Part shown: one piece after another, positions 1 through 9,046 of the stretch
Layout: each line of letters opens with the position of its first letter
Numbering within the stretch: the first letter of the stretch is position 1
IMG/VR virus record: IMGVR_UViG_3300046512_000087
Coordinates: 1-64,000 of that record
DNA length: 64,000 nt
Source: a virus
Strand: one strand, 5' to 3'
Program-made: the position numbers and the translations under genes
The notes under the pieces: model-generated
Told to the model about the DNA's origin: nothing
The model's input: the letters and a program-made list of their open reading frames with translations, nothing else
The model's database searches: none

Positions 1-567
1 TGACTGCTCGATTTCCTTGGCTGCAATCACACAAGCCAGCGAGTCAACAACCAGTAGGGCTACTTCCTCGGCATGGATTAAGGCGTCGATCATGTCGGCG
101 GCTTCTTCACCATAACCCGGTTTCACCACAAGGAGCTTATCAACATCGACACCGAAGAATGCTGCCCAGTGAGGATCGAACGTGCCTTCCAGGTCTACCC
201 ACACAACTACGTTGCAGGGTGCGGGCTGGCGCTGGGCCTGGGCGGCTGCGCAATAGCAGATGTTGGTCTTGCCACTGGACTCAGGGCCATAGACGATGCT
301 GTAGCGGCTCTTAGGGAAACCACCCCCGGTAGCCAAGTCAAATTCGAACACCCCGGTAGCCAGTCGCTCTACCTGGGGAATAGTGTTGCCAGTGACGACC
401 ATCTGCTCGCCCTTGGATTTCTTGATACCTGCCAGGATCTGATTGATTTCACTGGCTTTCGAGGGAGTTACGCCAACTTTTACTTCCGGCGTTTTCGCTT
501 CTGGTTTTGCAATCAATTGCACGGGCTCCCCGGCCTTCTGTGTCTTGTCCCCAATCTTGAGCCCCAT
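1..567 (-). CDS. recA: RecA-like recombinase (runs off window start)
   Basis: Manual translation from the ATG at 567: ATGVFEFDLATGGGFPKSRYSIVYGPESSGKT (Walker A), VWVDLEGTFDP, LLVVDSLA (Walker B). Not in the ORF track because it is truncated. Confidence 0.92.
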   Translation of the reverse strand, partial: MGLKIGDKTQKAGEPVQLIAKPEAKTPEVKVGVTPSKASEINQILAGIKKSKGEQMVVTGNTIPQVERLATGVFEFDLATGGGFPKSRYSIVYGPESSGKTNICYCAAAQAQRQPAPCNVVVWVDLEGTFDPHWAAFFGVDVDKLLVVKPGYGEEAADMIDALIHAEEVALLVVDSLACVIAAKEIEQS

Positions 568-574
568 AAATCTA

Positions 575-967
575 CTACCCCTTCAGACTTGCAACGATTT
601 CAGTCATTTTTGCGGACACCCAGTCAGAGGCGTATTCATACGTTTCTTCGATATCGTTCACATGACTGGGCAGGGAAATGTTGACGTTGAATTTTACATT
701 TTCGTAATTGCCAGTGCTGATAGTCTGGCCACCGCCTACGTTGATGATCGCCATCTGGTCTGCCGGGATCAGGACGCCGGGGCTCAGTACCAGGGACTGG
801 TCAATCAGGGTGGTCTCCCCCTTGTTCTGGCCCTTCAGTACAGTCTTGACGGCTTCTACAGTCGCGGTAGTAGCCACGGCCTTGCCCTTGGGTGTACCCG
901 GCGCTAGATGCTCGCTGTAGTCAGCTCCGGCCTTGGCCGGGTCCTTACCAATGATCTTCAAGCCCAT
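575..967 (-). CDS. hypothetical protein
   Basis: 130-aa ORF packed in the minus-strand operon; begins MGLKI. Confidence 0.7.
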   Translation of the reverse strand: MGLKIIGKDPAKAGADYSEHLAPGTPKGKAVATTATVEAVKTVLKGQNKGETTLIDQSLVLSPGVLIPADQMAIINVGGGQTISTGNYENVKFNVNISLPSHVNDIEETYEYASDWVSAKMTEIVASLKG

Positions 968-971
968 GACG

Positions 972-1397
972 TTACTCCTGAATCCAGTTAGCCCGGATCA
1001 TGTCAGCCGTGCTTTGCAGCGCCTTCTCCTGGTCTGGAGACAGCGGCTTTGGGTTGTGTTCGAAAAAGTTGACCAGAGTGTTCAGCAGCGACACCTGATT
1101 GTCCGTGAAGAAGCGCCCCAGTGGATGCTTCAGAGGTTCCGGGAAGTAATCAGCCTCCCACCAGCTGCGCAGGGTGTACAACGACACGCCGAGGGCCTGT
1201 GACGCCTCAGTAAAGTTCTGGGTGTAGTGTGCGGGCAGCGCGGCTTTATTCTTCGCAGTCTGCTGAGCTTTACGCTCCAGGCAGGCTTGGCGATACGCAG
1301 GGTCATTCTTGTAGCGCTCTTTACGCTTTTCACTGTAGGTCTGCTTGTTCTTTGCATACCAGCGGGCATAAGCCGTCGTTTCTTGTTCGTCGCTCAT
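972..1397 (-). CDS. putative MerR-like HTH DNA-binding protein
   Basis: ASQALGVSLYTLRSWWEADYFPEP resembles a MerR/excisionase HTH; basic N-terminus. Confidence 0.6.
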   Translation of the reverse strand: MSDEQETTAYARWYAKNKQTYSEKRKERYKNDPAYRQACLERKAQQTAKNKAALPAHYTQNFTEASQALGVSLYTLRSWWEADYFPEPLKHPLGRFFTDNQVSLLNTLVNFFEHNPKPLSPDQEKALQSTADMIRANWIQE

Positions 1398-1400
1398 GTC

Positions 1401-2732
1401 TTAAACCTTTACCTGTTCAGCGGAAATTTCAAAATACTGTTTTTGGCGGCTGGAGGCATAGCCTTCCAACAAGCCGGAATCGTCTACCAAGTCAAAGATG
1501 ACCGGTGTCTTCTTGCCTTCCATGGTACGCATCACCCGGCCACATGCCTGCTTCACATCGGCCCGGGGTGACAGATACACCAGGGTGTCCCAGCGCGGGG
1601 CGTCGGTGCCTTCGGCGCACATTTTGTAGGTCGCGAAGATAACGCGCTTGGTCTCTTTCGCGGCCTTCTTGTCAGTCTCGGAACTCTTGCCGATGTAGTA
1701 GCCCATTTCGGCTGCCGGGACTTTCTTCAAGCAGAGGGCGTACATGACAGTCAGATGCTCAATCAGGTCTGACATCACAACGATCACACGCCCGGCAGCG
1801 TAGGCCTGGAAGATGAACTCCAGCAGCAAATGGTTGCGCTGAATGTCGTTAGCCATGGCCTTGTAGACCCCCATCAACCGGCCAGCGCTATGCGGGATGG
1901 GCTCAGTGACATACACGCCGTTCTTGAAGCGCTTGACCTTCGGAATCTTCCACCCGGACTTCTTGATCAGCACCTTAGGGCTCATGGGTACTGTCACGCC
2001 TACTACCATCACCCGGCCAATATGGGCTTCGATCAAACGCCACTTGCCATCAGAGCGGTTGCAGGTTGCGGACAGGGCCAGACGGTACAGAGCCGGGACC
2101 TTATGGCAAATCACCACGAAGGTGTCAGCACCCATACGGTGGGCCTCATCCACTATCATGGCGCCGAAGTACGAATACACCTCTGGCGGGTATCGGTCTG
2201 GGATCACCAGGGAGTGGACCATGCCAATGACAAACTTCTTGCCCTTGTAGTCACACACGTCCTGTTGAATGGTCCCGATATCCTGTGGGTCAATGCCGAT
2301 CAGGTTGATCAGGGTCTTGCGCCACTCATGGATCAGATCTTCTTTCGGGACCACGATCAGAGTGGGCTGACCCAGCCGGGCCATGATGGCGCACCCGCAG
2401 TAGGTCTTGCCGAAGCCTGTCGGGGCTTCCAAAGTGTGGTTAATACCCTTCTTTTGCAGCTCATAAGACTCAGCAATCAGCTGGGCCTGTTCCAAAGTCT
2501 TTGCACCGACTTTGCAATTGATTGCAAACGGCGTCTTCTGCACTCGCCAATCTTCGATCCCAACTGGAGCCAGCTGGCGGGGGATTCGGATGGTATTGCC
2601 TACCCGAACTGACATATTCACTTCATCGCCAAACTTGGTGATGAACTTGCACTTGGCTTCCAGCTCTGGAGTCCAGGGGAAGACGGCCATGCCATCAGTT
2701 CTGAGGGGTTGCTGTTGAATTAGGTAGGCCAT
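1401..2732 (-). CDS. superfamily II DEAH helicase
   Basis: APTGFGKT, IVDEAH, LSAT and QACGRVMR motifs. Confidence 0.92.
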   Translation of the reverse strand: MAYLIQQQPLRTDGMAVFPWTPELEAKCKFITKFGDEVNMSVRVGNTIRIPRQLAPVGIEDWRVQKTPFAINCKVGAKTLEQAQLIAESYELQKKGINHTLEAPTGFGKTYCGCAIMARLGQPTLIVVPKEDLIHEWRKTLINLIGIDPQDIGTIQQDVCDYKGKKFVIGMVHSLVIPDRYPPEVYSYFGAMIVDEAHRMGADTFVVICHKVPALYRLALSATCNRSDGKWRLIEAHIGRVMVVGVTVPMSPKVLIKKSGWKIPKVKRFKNGVYVTEPIPHSAGRLMGVYKAMANDIQRNHLLLEFIFQAYAAGRVIVVMSDLIEHLTVMYALCLKKVPAAEMGYYIGKSSETDKKAAKETKRVIFATYKMCAEGTDAPRWDTLVYLSPRADVKQACGRVMRTMEGKKTPVIFDLVDDSGLLEGYASSRQKQYFEISAEQVKV

Positions 2733-2768
2733 GAAAGTCGCCCCACGTCTTAGGTGGGGCTTTTCTCC

Positions 2769-3551
2769 TTAGAGCTGGTTGGAGTAGTCGGCTTTCTCAC
2801 CGGTGGTTGGCTGCGTCGAGGACTGGGTATTCCCCTTCGGAGCGCCACCGAGGCCACCCTTGCCGAAGCCCATGCTCAGCAGCTCGTCAGCGGTGCGGTA
2901 CACGATTTCGGTCTCGTAGTCAGCAGGTTTGAAAACAGTGACAATCTCGCCAGTTTCCTTGCCCTTGTCGTCTTTGACCTTGCGAACGAATTCTTTCTTC
3001 AGCGCGTCCAGGTCCTCATGCTTCTCAATGAAGTCGAACATGGAGCCGACCGATGCAGCCTTGTCGCCCATGCGGGACACGTCGAAGGAGCAACCGGCCA
3101 GACCGCCACGCTTCAGCGCGATCTTGTTCAGCAGCTCGAAAGTAGCGGACTTGGCCACCAGGAGTTTAGGGGTGTCGCGATGCAAGACATCGTTCTTACC
3201 CTTGAATTCGCGGTGGTCGATGATGGTAAACAAAGCCACCAGGGCTGGGCGGTCACCACCGGCACAGATAGGACATTTGTCGCCGGACTCGGGGTTGGTC
3301 TTTTCCGGGCAGACAAAGATGTTGCCCCAAGAGCCGTTCAGGAACAGGTTGTGCTCGTAGTAGCGCGGCGGCATCAGGAAACCTTCAGCGGAGAGTTCAC
3401 CGTCTACAAACGTGATGCGGGCATCTTCGCCTTCCTTGATCCAGAAGCGGAACATCTTGCCCTGTTCTTCCTTGCGCTTCTCAGCAGCCAACTCTTCCTG
3501 TTTTGCCAGGGCTACAGAGTCTTCGCCTTTCTTCATCCACTTAAGTGCCAT
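2769..3551 (-). CDS. single-stranded DNA-binding protein (Zn-binding, gp32-like)
   Basis: H...C...CPIC zinc ligands, flexible C-terminal tail, position in the replication module. Confidence 0.65.
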   Translation of the reverse strand: MALKWMKKGEDSVALAKQEELAAEKRKEEQGKMFRFWIKEGEDARITFVDGELSAEGFLMPPRYYEHNLFLNGSWGNIFVCPEKTNPESGDKCPICAGGDRPALVALFTIIDHREFKGKNDVLHRDTPKLLVAKSATFELLNKIALKRGGLAGCSFDVSRMGDKAASVGSMFDFIEKHEDLDALKKEFVRKVKDDKGKETGEIVTVFKPADYETEIVYRTADELLSMGFGKGGLGGAPKGNTQSSTQPTTGEKADYSNQL

Positions 3552-3617
3552 TTTACTACTTCCTCTAATAAGCTCCGGTCTTTAGGAGCGACAGCCCTCT
3601 CCACTGAGAGCAAGTTG

Positions 3618-3646
3618 ATTGTGTACCAGTTACAGCGGTTTGTCAA
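3618..3646 (-). promoter_or_regulatory. sigma70-type promoter upstream of SSB
   Basis: TTGACA-N17-CACAAT. Confidence 0.55.
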
Positions 3647-4644
3647 AGGTCTACGAGATCTTTCAGCTGTTCTCGTATCCAGTCTGGGCCCATTTTATCC
3701 GGGTCCATTTTCACCAGCTCCCCCTTGTAATCGAACTCTTCCGGGTAGCTGATGATGGTCCAAGGCGTACCGGCGTGCTCCAGGTACTCAACATACCTTT
3801 TGTTCGCCGCCTGCCCGGCTACATCGTTGTCATTCATCAAAATCACATGAGGCGCCTGGGCCAGCTTTTTCATTTTGGCTGGAGTCGGCTTGGCAGTCAG
3901 GTTACCTACCACTGTGGGATACACCTTGTCCACGGCAAAGACGTCGAACTGGCCTTCCACCACAACCACGGTGTCCCCGTGATTCAACACTTTCTCGTTG
4001 TACCAGACCAGGGCCGCGTTGTTGCGGTTGTTCCAGGTGTAGTCAAAGTGCCCAGCATGCCCCTTGCCGCCAACTACTGCACGCCCTCGGGCCCCGGCCA
4101 GCTTGCCATACACGTTGGCGTACGGCGCCACGATCATTTCTTTACTGGTGTCATAGCGCAGGTCGAATCGCTCAGCCTGATCACTGGTGACACCCCGGCT
4201 TTTCAGGTACTCGAAGGCAGGCTTGCAATACTTCCACGGCATGAAGCTGTTGATGTAGTGCTGGGGCCATTCTTCGAACTGGTGGGTGTGGTGAGTCGAG
4301 AACTCCGTGTACTCCGGCAGGGCGATCAGATCCACCTCGGAGTTCATCAGAATCTCCCTGGCGGTCTTCAGGTCGTAATGGAGACCCTTGGTGGTCCCTT
4401 TCTGCCGGTACATCTCCAGGGTGCCCACCAGCTCGTCAAGAGAGCCACCGCAGCAGGAGAAGCAGTTGAAGTACGGAGCCTCCCCTGGCGGCAAGTGGAT
4501 AGCGAAGCTGGGGTTATTGTCAGTCCCCTTTTTATGGGTCCAGGGGGCCAACGGGCATTTCGCGGTAATCCACTCGTCGTGGTCGTCAGCGTGAGCCTCA
4601 GACCCGAGAGCATTCAACATTGCCGCTGCCTGCTTGGGGGTCAT
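3643..4644 (-). CDS. DNA primase
   Basis: N-terminal Zn finger (CPLAPWTH...CFSC); TOPRIM motifs VVEGQFD and NDNDVAG. Confidence 0.88.
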   Translation of the reverse strand: MTPKQAAAMLNALGSEAHADDHDEWITAKCPLAPWTHKKGTDNNPSFAIHLPPGEAPYFNCFSCCGGSLDELVGTLEMYRQKGTTKGLHYDLKTAREILMNSEVDLIALPEYTEFSTHHTHQFEEWPQHYINSFMPWKYCKPAFEYLKSRGVTSDQAERFDLRYDTSKEMIVAPYANVYGKLAGARGRAVVGGKGHAGHFDYTWNNRNNAALVWYNEKVLNHGDTVVVVEGQFDVFAVDKVYPTVVGNLTAKPTPAKMKKLAQAPHVILMNDNDVAGQAANKRYVEYLEHAGTPWTIISYPEEFDYKGELVKMDPDKMGPDWIREQLKDLVDL

Positions 4645-4991
4645 TACTTGGACTCCGGCACCGGTTGAGTCTTGGAGCCCAGAACGATCTTCTCGAAAAG
4701 GCTACGGTCAACCAGCATCTTGCCTTCAGAGCGGATCAACTCAGGGTTCGGAGTATGGTCGAACATTTCGCTGGCTTTCGGAACGGCCACCCACAGGCCG
4801 GTAGGGAACATCCCGATAGCACCATCGGTGATCGAAGGCTGGCCGTCAAAGATCGGGGTCTCCGAACATTCGATGATTGCTACCCGGCCTTCCCACAGGG
4901 CGCGGATTTCCTCGCAGGGCTCATAGCCTGCAAAGACGACGTGTTCTGGGTCTTGCTTACCAGCCCACCAGCAGTGTTCTGTCAGAGTCAT
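4644..4991 (-). CDS. hypothetical protein
   Basis: 115-aa ORF abutting the primase start. Confidence 0.6.
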   Translation of the reverse strand: MTLTEHCWWAGKQDPEHVVFAGYEPCEEIRALWEGRVAIIECSETPIFDGQPSITDGAIGMFPTGLWVAVPKASEMFDHTPNPELIRSEGKMLVDRSLFEKIVLGSKTQPVPESK

Positions 4992-5042
4992 TTCTTTTCT
5001 CCCATAAAGAAAGGCCCCCTTGGGAGCCCTTCGGTGATCGGT

Positions 5043-5510
5043 TTAGAACAGTTCAGCGACCTTCAGTGACCGGGACCCGTAAACCTTTTCGGTGAAGGTC
5101 TGGATCTCGCCATCAGTGAGGTACTTGCGAATGTCGGTGAGACCAACCTTGCCCACGGCGACGAAGACTTCGGGGGTCAGCTTCTTGATCATCAAGTCGC
5201 GGTCCACGATGTTGGTTTCCTCTCGGCACTTGCTGAACACCACTTGCCCGACCGTGCCCACGATGGTGACTTCCTGGTCGTGCTGGGTTTCGTTTGCAAT
5301 TGATTGCAAGCGCGACTTCAGTTCAGCCACCCGCTTGGTCATCGCATCCACTTCCAGCTTGACCAGTTGATCGGAGAGCGTAACCAGCTCGTCCACCAGC
5401 GCCTGGGTCTCGGTGATCACCTTGGTCTTCGCCGTAGGCTTCACAACCGGTTTGGCTTTCGCCGCTGGCTTCGTCTCCTGGGAGGACTTACTGCCAATTT
5501 TCAAGCCCAT
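5043..5510 (-). CDS. hypothetical protein
   Basis: ORF with MGLKIG start, K/P/A-rich linker and coiled coil; promoter upstream. Confidence 0.7.
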   Translation of the reverse strand: MGLKIGSKSSQETKPAAKAKPVVKPTAKTKVITETQALVDELVTLSDQLVKLEVDAMTKRVAELKSRLQSIANETQHDQEVTIVGTVGQVVFSKCREETNIVDRDLMIKKLTPEVFVAVGKVGLTDIRKYLTDGEIQTFTEKVYGSRSLKVAELF

Positions 5511-5544
5511 TTTGTACACCCTTTGAATAAGTTATGGAATTTGA

Positions 5545-5573
5545 ACGATAGGGTAATGCACTTGGTTTGTCAA
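5545..5573 (-). promoter_or_regulatory. sigma70-type promoter
   Basis: TTGACA-N17-TATCGT. Confidence 0.55.
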
Positions 5574-6844
5574 ATATAGTTCAACAAACCAGAGTTCTGG
5601 TCTGGGTTACCTTCCGTGCCAACTTGATTGAAGTCCATTGTCTGGAATCCCCAGTTGATACCGAATTTCCCAATCTCGCCGCTACGGCCTTTCAGCACGT
5701 CTACTGAGCGTTGGTTCAGGGTTTCGACACCCTCTTCTTGCAGCAGGGCCAGGACGATAGAGCTGATCTGGCCTATGGCGTCGGAGTAGCCAATGTCTTC
5801 CAGCCCGGCTGATTGCCCGGTCTTCTTCTGGGCCTTGGCCGCTTCCCGGTTCAGCTGCCAAGAGGCAAAGGTCGGAATCTCAAGCTCCGTGGTAGCGCCC
5901 TTCATCAGCTCCACGTTCTCAGCCACCCTGGTGAACCGGTCGAGTCGGGGGTTGGAGTGCTTCAGCAGATAGGCGCCGTCGATGTACACGGAGCTGACAC
6001 CCAGCTGGCTTGCCAGGAGGTAGACGTCTTCGGCGCTGGCTGCGAGGTTGCCATCCACGACATAAAACTTGCCCGTTTCTTGGCCCATTTCAAGGAGGCC
6101 ACCAGCAAACGTCTTGTAGGTCGAGCTGGAAAAGCCGCCCATTTTCAGCTGGCTGATCGGAGTCTTGGAGTACATGGCGGTCAAGCGCTGGGCTATGGCG
6201 AGGATGTTCATTTCCATGGAGGTCAGCATGACACTACGGCCCTTGCGCCAGTTCAACAGGGCGGAGAACAGAATCAGCCATGTCTTACCCATTGCCGGTC
6301 GGCCCACGTAGCTGATGACGTCCCCCGGCAGTGCACCCCCGGTCATCTCGTCCAAATACGGCCATCCGAACTCAGCCAGCAAATCGTTCTGCAACGTGTT
6401 GTGGTACTGGGCCAGGACCAACTTACCGGACTCTTTGCCCACGTCCATGATCTTGGTCCGGTACTCCTGACCCTTGATCAGCCCAATGGTCTTTTCCATC
6501 AGGGCCACGGCAGGCTTGATCGCGTTCTTGTCCTCTTTCAGCATCTTCTGGCTTTCGAGGTTTGAATTATTGATCAGCCGGTAGGCATAGCGGTCTTGCA
6601 GGTGGTCCAGGTAATACGCGAAGGGCTCCGGCGTATCCAGCTCCTTGACCTCGGGGAACTGTGAACACAGGGTCTCCAGTTGCGGTAGCTGGTGAAACTT
6701 GGTCAGGTGGGCGTTAACCCACGTAAACACTTCCACTTCCCCGCTGATAAACAGGCTCTCGCTGACTTTATGCTTGTGCCAGTCGAGAGCCTTTTGATCT
6801 TCCACGATGCGGCGCAGGGCACGAAGCCCCAGGTTATAAATCAT
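5570..6844 (-). CDS. DnaB-like replicative helicase
   Basis: GRPAMGKT, SMEM, YIDGAYL, QLNRE and SDAIGQ motifs. Confidence 0.92.
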   Translation of the reverse strand: MIYNLGLRALRRIVEDQKALDWHKHKVSESLFISGEVEVFTWVNAHLTKFHQLPQLETLCSQFPEVKELDTPEPFAYYLDHLQDRYAYRLINNSNLESQKMLKEDKNAIKPAVALMEKTIGLIKGQEYRTKIMDVGKESGKLVLAQYHNTLQNDLLAEFGWPYLDEMTGGALPGDVISYVGRPAMGKTWLILFSALLNWRKGRSVMLTSMEMNILAIAQRLTAMYSKTPISQLKMGGFSSSTYKTFAGGLLEMGQETGKFYVVDGNLAASAEDVYLLASQLGVSSVYIDGAYLLKHSNPRLDRFTRVAENVELMKGATTELEIPTFASWQLNREAAKAQKKTGQSAGLEDIGYSDAIGQISSIVLALLQEEGVETLNQRSVDVLKGRSGEIGKFGINWGFQTMDFNQVGTEGNPDQNSGLLNYI

Positions 6845-7396
6845 TTAAGCCACCGTGATGTAGTGTTTGGTCAAGTGATCTGCGAACACCCGGCCATATT
6901 CAGCGGCCAGCGCAACCATGTCCTCGACGTAAACCACGGTGGGTTTATTGGAAGTCAAGCGGTGCAGCAGGATGTCGTAGACGATCTGCACCTTCCACGC
7001 GGGGAGGGCCTTACCGACAGAACGGAGAAACAGGTTTGGAATCAGCATTACGGTCGGGTCCGGCAGGGCCTTCATATCCTTGAGGTCCAACACGGTAGTC
7101 AGCGACATGACCCGAGCATCCACGAAGTTGCGCAGGAAGGCACCAGCAATTGCCATCATGCGTTCTTCGGGGGAGGCCGTGCCAGTGAGCACAAGTCCGG
7201 TGCCCTGGGCTTGGTAGTCGCGGAAGTTCACCACCCAGTCAATTTCTGCTGGGGTGCAGTAGTCCTTCATGCTGTGGTGAACGTACATCGGCAGCACGTT
7301 GGCAACCTGACAGATACCCGGCAGGTCCAGCAACAAGCGCTTGTGATGCTCGGGATCAAGAATAGAGTTCATGGCAACACACCTTTCAGCTTCCAC
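6845..7396 (-). CDS. DnaC-like helicase loader, degenerate
   Basis: Lies between initiator and DnaB; GLVLTG.. and DILLHRLTSNKPTVV resemble DnaC/IstB, but the Walker A GKT is absent. Confidence 0.5.
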   Translation of the reverse strand: MEAERCVAMNSILDPEHHKRLLLDLPGICQVANVLPMYVHHSMKDYCTPAEIDWVVNFRDYQAQGTGLVLTGTASPEERMMAIAGAFLRNFVDARVMSLTTVLDLKDMKALPDPTVMLIPNLFLRSVGKALPAWKVQIVYDILLHRLTSNKPTVVYVEDMVALAAEYGRVFADHLTKHYITVA

Positions 7397-8351
7397 TCAT
7401 TTGGTTTAGGAGTGCCATGGTTGCTGCAATCTCATCAGCACCCACTTTTTCCGTAGATGAAGTATCTTTTACCAGAGTGGGTTTGTCAAATAAAGGTGCA
7501 GACGCCTTGACTGGTTTAACGGGGGCAGGGATTGCAATCAATTGCACGGCGACGTCGTGGTACTGGACCAGGAACCCAATCACCGGCTGCTCAGGTGCAG
7601 TCGTCAACCCCTTCTTCGCTTTCACTTCCCAGGCAAACGCTGACCAATTCTGGAGGGCCCAGTCAAGCACCTCAAAGCAACGGTCTCCCAGAGGCTTGAT
7701 CAGGTGCTTGAGTTGACCCACCTCCTTGGAAGTCAATTCCTTCTGGTAGTTCCCGTCATTCAACAGAGACATGCGGCTTTTCCACAGCATAGCCATACCA
7801 GATGCTGTTACTTTGCCAGTAGGTACGGCTGATTTTTTGGCTTCTAATTTCGCCATGACGTCATTGAGTTTCATGTCCCCATCCCCTGCAACTTCAGTTG
7901 CGTAAAGAGTCTCTGTTGTAGTCTGTGTTGTAGTCTCTGTTATAGTTTTGCCCTCAGGGGCAAATGGAAGTTTACAAAAAGACAAATGGAATACTTCAGA
8001 AGGGCAATTCAGGACCTTCTTTCCCTCCACACAAACCAGCCTGCAATGCTGCGTTGGGCTCCCGTCAAAGCGCATGATCTCCGCTTCGATAATCCCCTTG
8101 CTGATTAAAACGTCCATGCAGCGACGGGCCTGTTTCAGCGTCATCCCCAGCTCTGCATTCCAATCCTTTGTAGACTTGGCCAGCCACCACTTCCCCTGGC
8201 GCAGTACACGGAGTTTAGACCCTCCGTTTTTGGCTGGCTGATACCAGTAGAAAATCTGACTCAGCATCAGCGCAGCCATCACATCCCCATCCAACAAATC
8301 AACATATGACCTTTGAAAGGCCACAACTTCGTTAGTTGGCTCTTCAGTCAT
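7386..8351 (-). CDS. replication initiator / replisome organiser
   Basis: AALMLSQIFYWY plus wHTH N-terminus and Thr-rich linker (TITETTTQTTTET), typical of phage initiators. Confidence 0.75.
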   Translation of the reverse strand: MTEEPTNEVVAFQRSYVDLLDGDVMAALMLSQIFYWYQPAKNGGSKLRVLRQGKWWLAKSTKDWNAELGMTLKQARRCMDVLISKGIIEAEIMRFDGSPTQHCRLVCVEGKKVLNCPSEVFHLSFCKLPFAPEGKTITETTTQTTTETLYATEVAGDGDMKLNDVMAKLEAKKSAVPTGKVTASGMAMLWKSRMSLLNDGNYQKELTSKEVGQLKHLIKPLGDRCFEVLDWALQNWSAFAWEVKAKKGLTTAPEQPVIGFLVQYHDVAVQLIAIPAPVKPVKASAPLFDKPTLVKDTSSTEKVGADEIAATMALLNQMSGS

Positions 8352-8557
8352 TTGAAGTATTCCATGTCGATCTGGTTGACCATGCGGGGATGGCGGGATT
8401 CCAACGTACGGCGGGCGATGGCCTCCAGTTCCAGCTCTGAATGGCTCAGATGGATCTTCATTTGCTTGGCCAGGGCTACGATGTTACTGGTGGGCACAAG
8501 CAGGCCTTGTTGGTCTACCAGCACCCCATACTCTTCGTCGAATTGCAGGATATCCAT
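8348..8557 (-). CDS. hypothetical protein
   Basis: GGAG RBS; ATGA overlap with the initiator. Confidence 0.6.
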   Translation of the reverse strand: MDILQFDEEYGVLVDQQGLLVPTSNIVALAKQMKIHLSHSELELEAIARRTLESRHPRMVNQIDMEYFK

Positions 8558-8570
8558 GTTTCTTCTCCGA

Positions 8571-8604
8571 AAGAAAAAGGAGCCCCTGTGTTAGCGGGCT
8601 CCTT
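8571..8604 (-). terminator. rho-independent terminator
   Basis: GGAGCCC...GGGCTCC hairpin followed by TTTTTCTTT on the minus strand. Confidence 0.7.
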
Positions 8605-8614
8605 TGGCATTGCA

Positions 8615-9025
8615 TTACGCCGTGAAGTGGCGCTTGGACGAGAAGCCTTGGGCCAGAGTTTCCTGAACCTTGTCTTTCGGAGCTACCGAAGTGCCCTCGA
8701 AAGTCGCCAGGGTTTCCAGCAGTTCACCGAGGGTTTCGGTGTTGCACACAGCGCCCTGGTACGGGCCGTTGCTCTCGCCCTTTTGACCCCGCGCATAGAG
8801 GTTCAGGCCCAGGTCTCCGTCCTTGATACCGAAGGTAGCGGCGTTAGGCCAGAAGTGCAGCTTGTACTCGTCACTGCCTACCCGGCGCACGCCTACAGCG
8901 TTGTAGTCTTCTTCGCCATTACGCACGCCGATGACCAGATAGGTGTTGTGGGTGGTCAGGCCGTTGACGAAGACTGGTGCCTTGCCACGGGTCGGGACCT
9001 GTACATGCGGTTTATCTTGACTCAT
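8615..9025 (-). CDS. hypothetical protein
   Basis: 136-aa ORF with GGAG RBS. Confidence 0.7.
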   Translation of the reverse strand: MSQDKPHVQVPTRGKAPVFVNGLTTHNTYLVIGVRNGEEDYNAVGVRRVGSDEYKLHFWPNAATFGIKDGDLGLNLYARGQKGESNGPYQGAVCNTETLGELLETLATFEGTSVAPKDKVQETLAQGFSSKRHFTA

Positions 9026-9046
9026 TTTGTATCTCCGATGGTTGAC

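Noticed and set aside
7460-7490. TTGACAAAC inside the initiator gene as a promoter
   Set aside because: The -35 matches the family but there is no convincing -10 at 16-17 bp.
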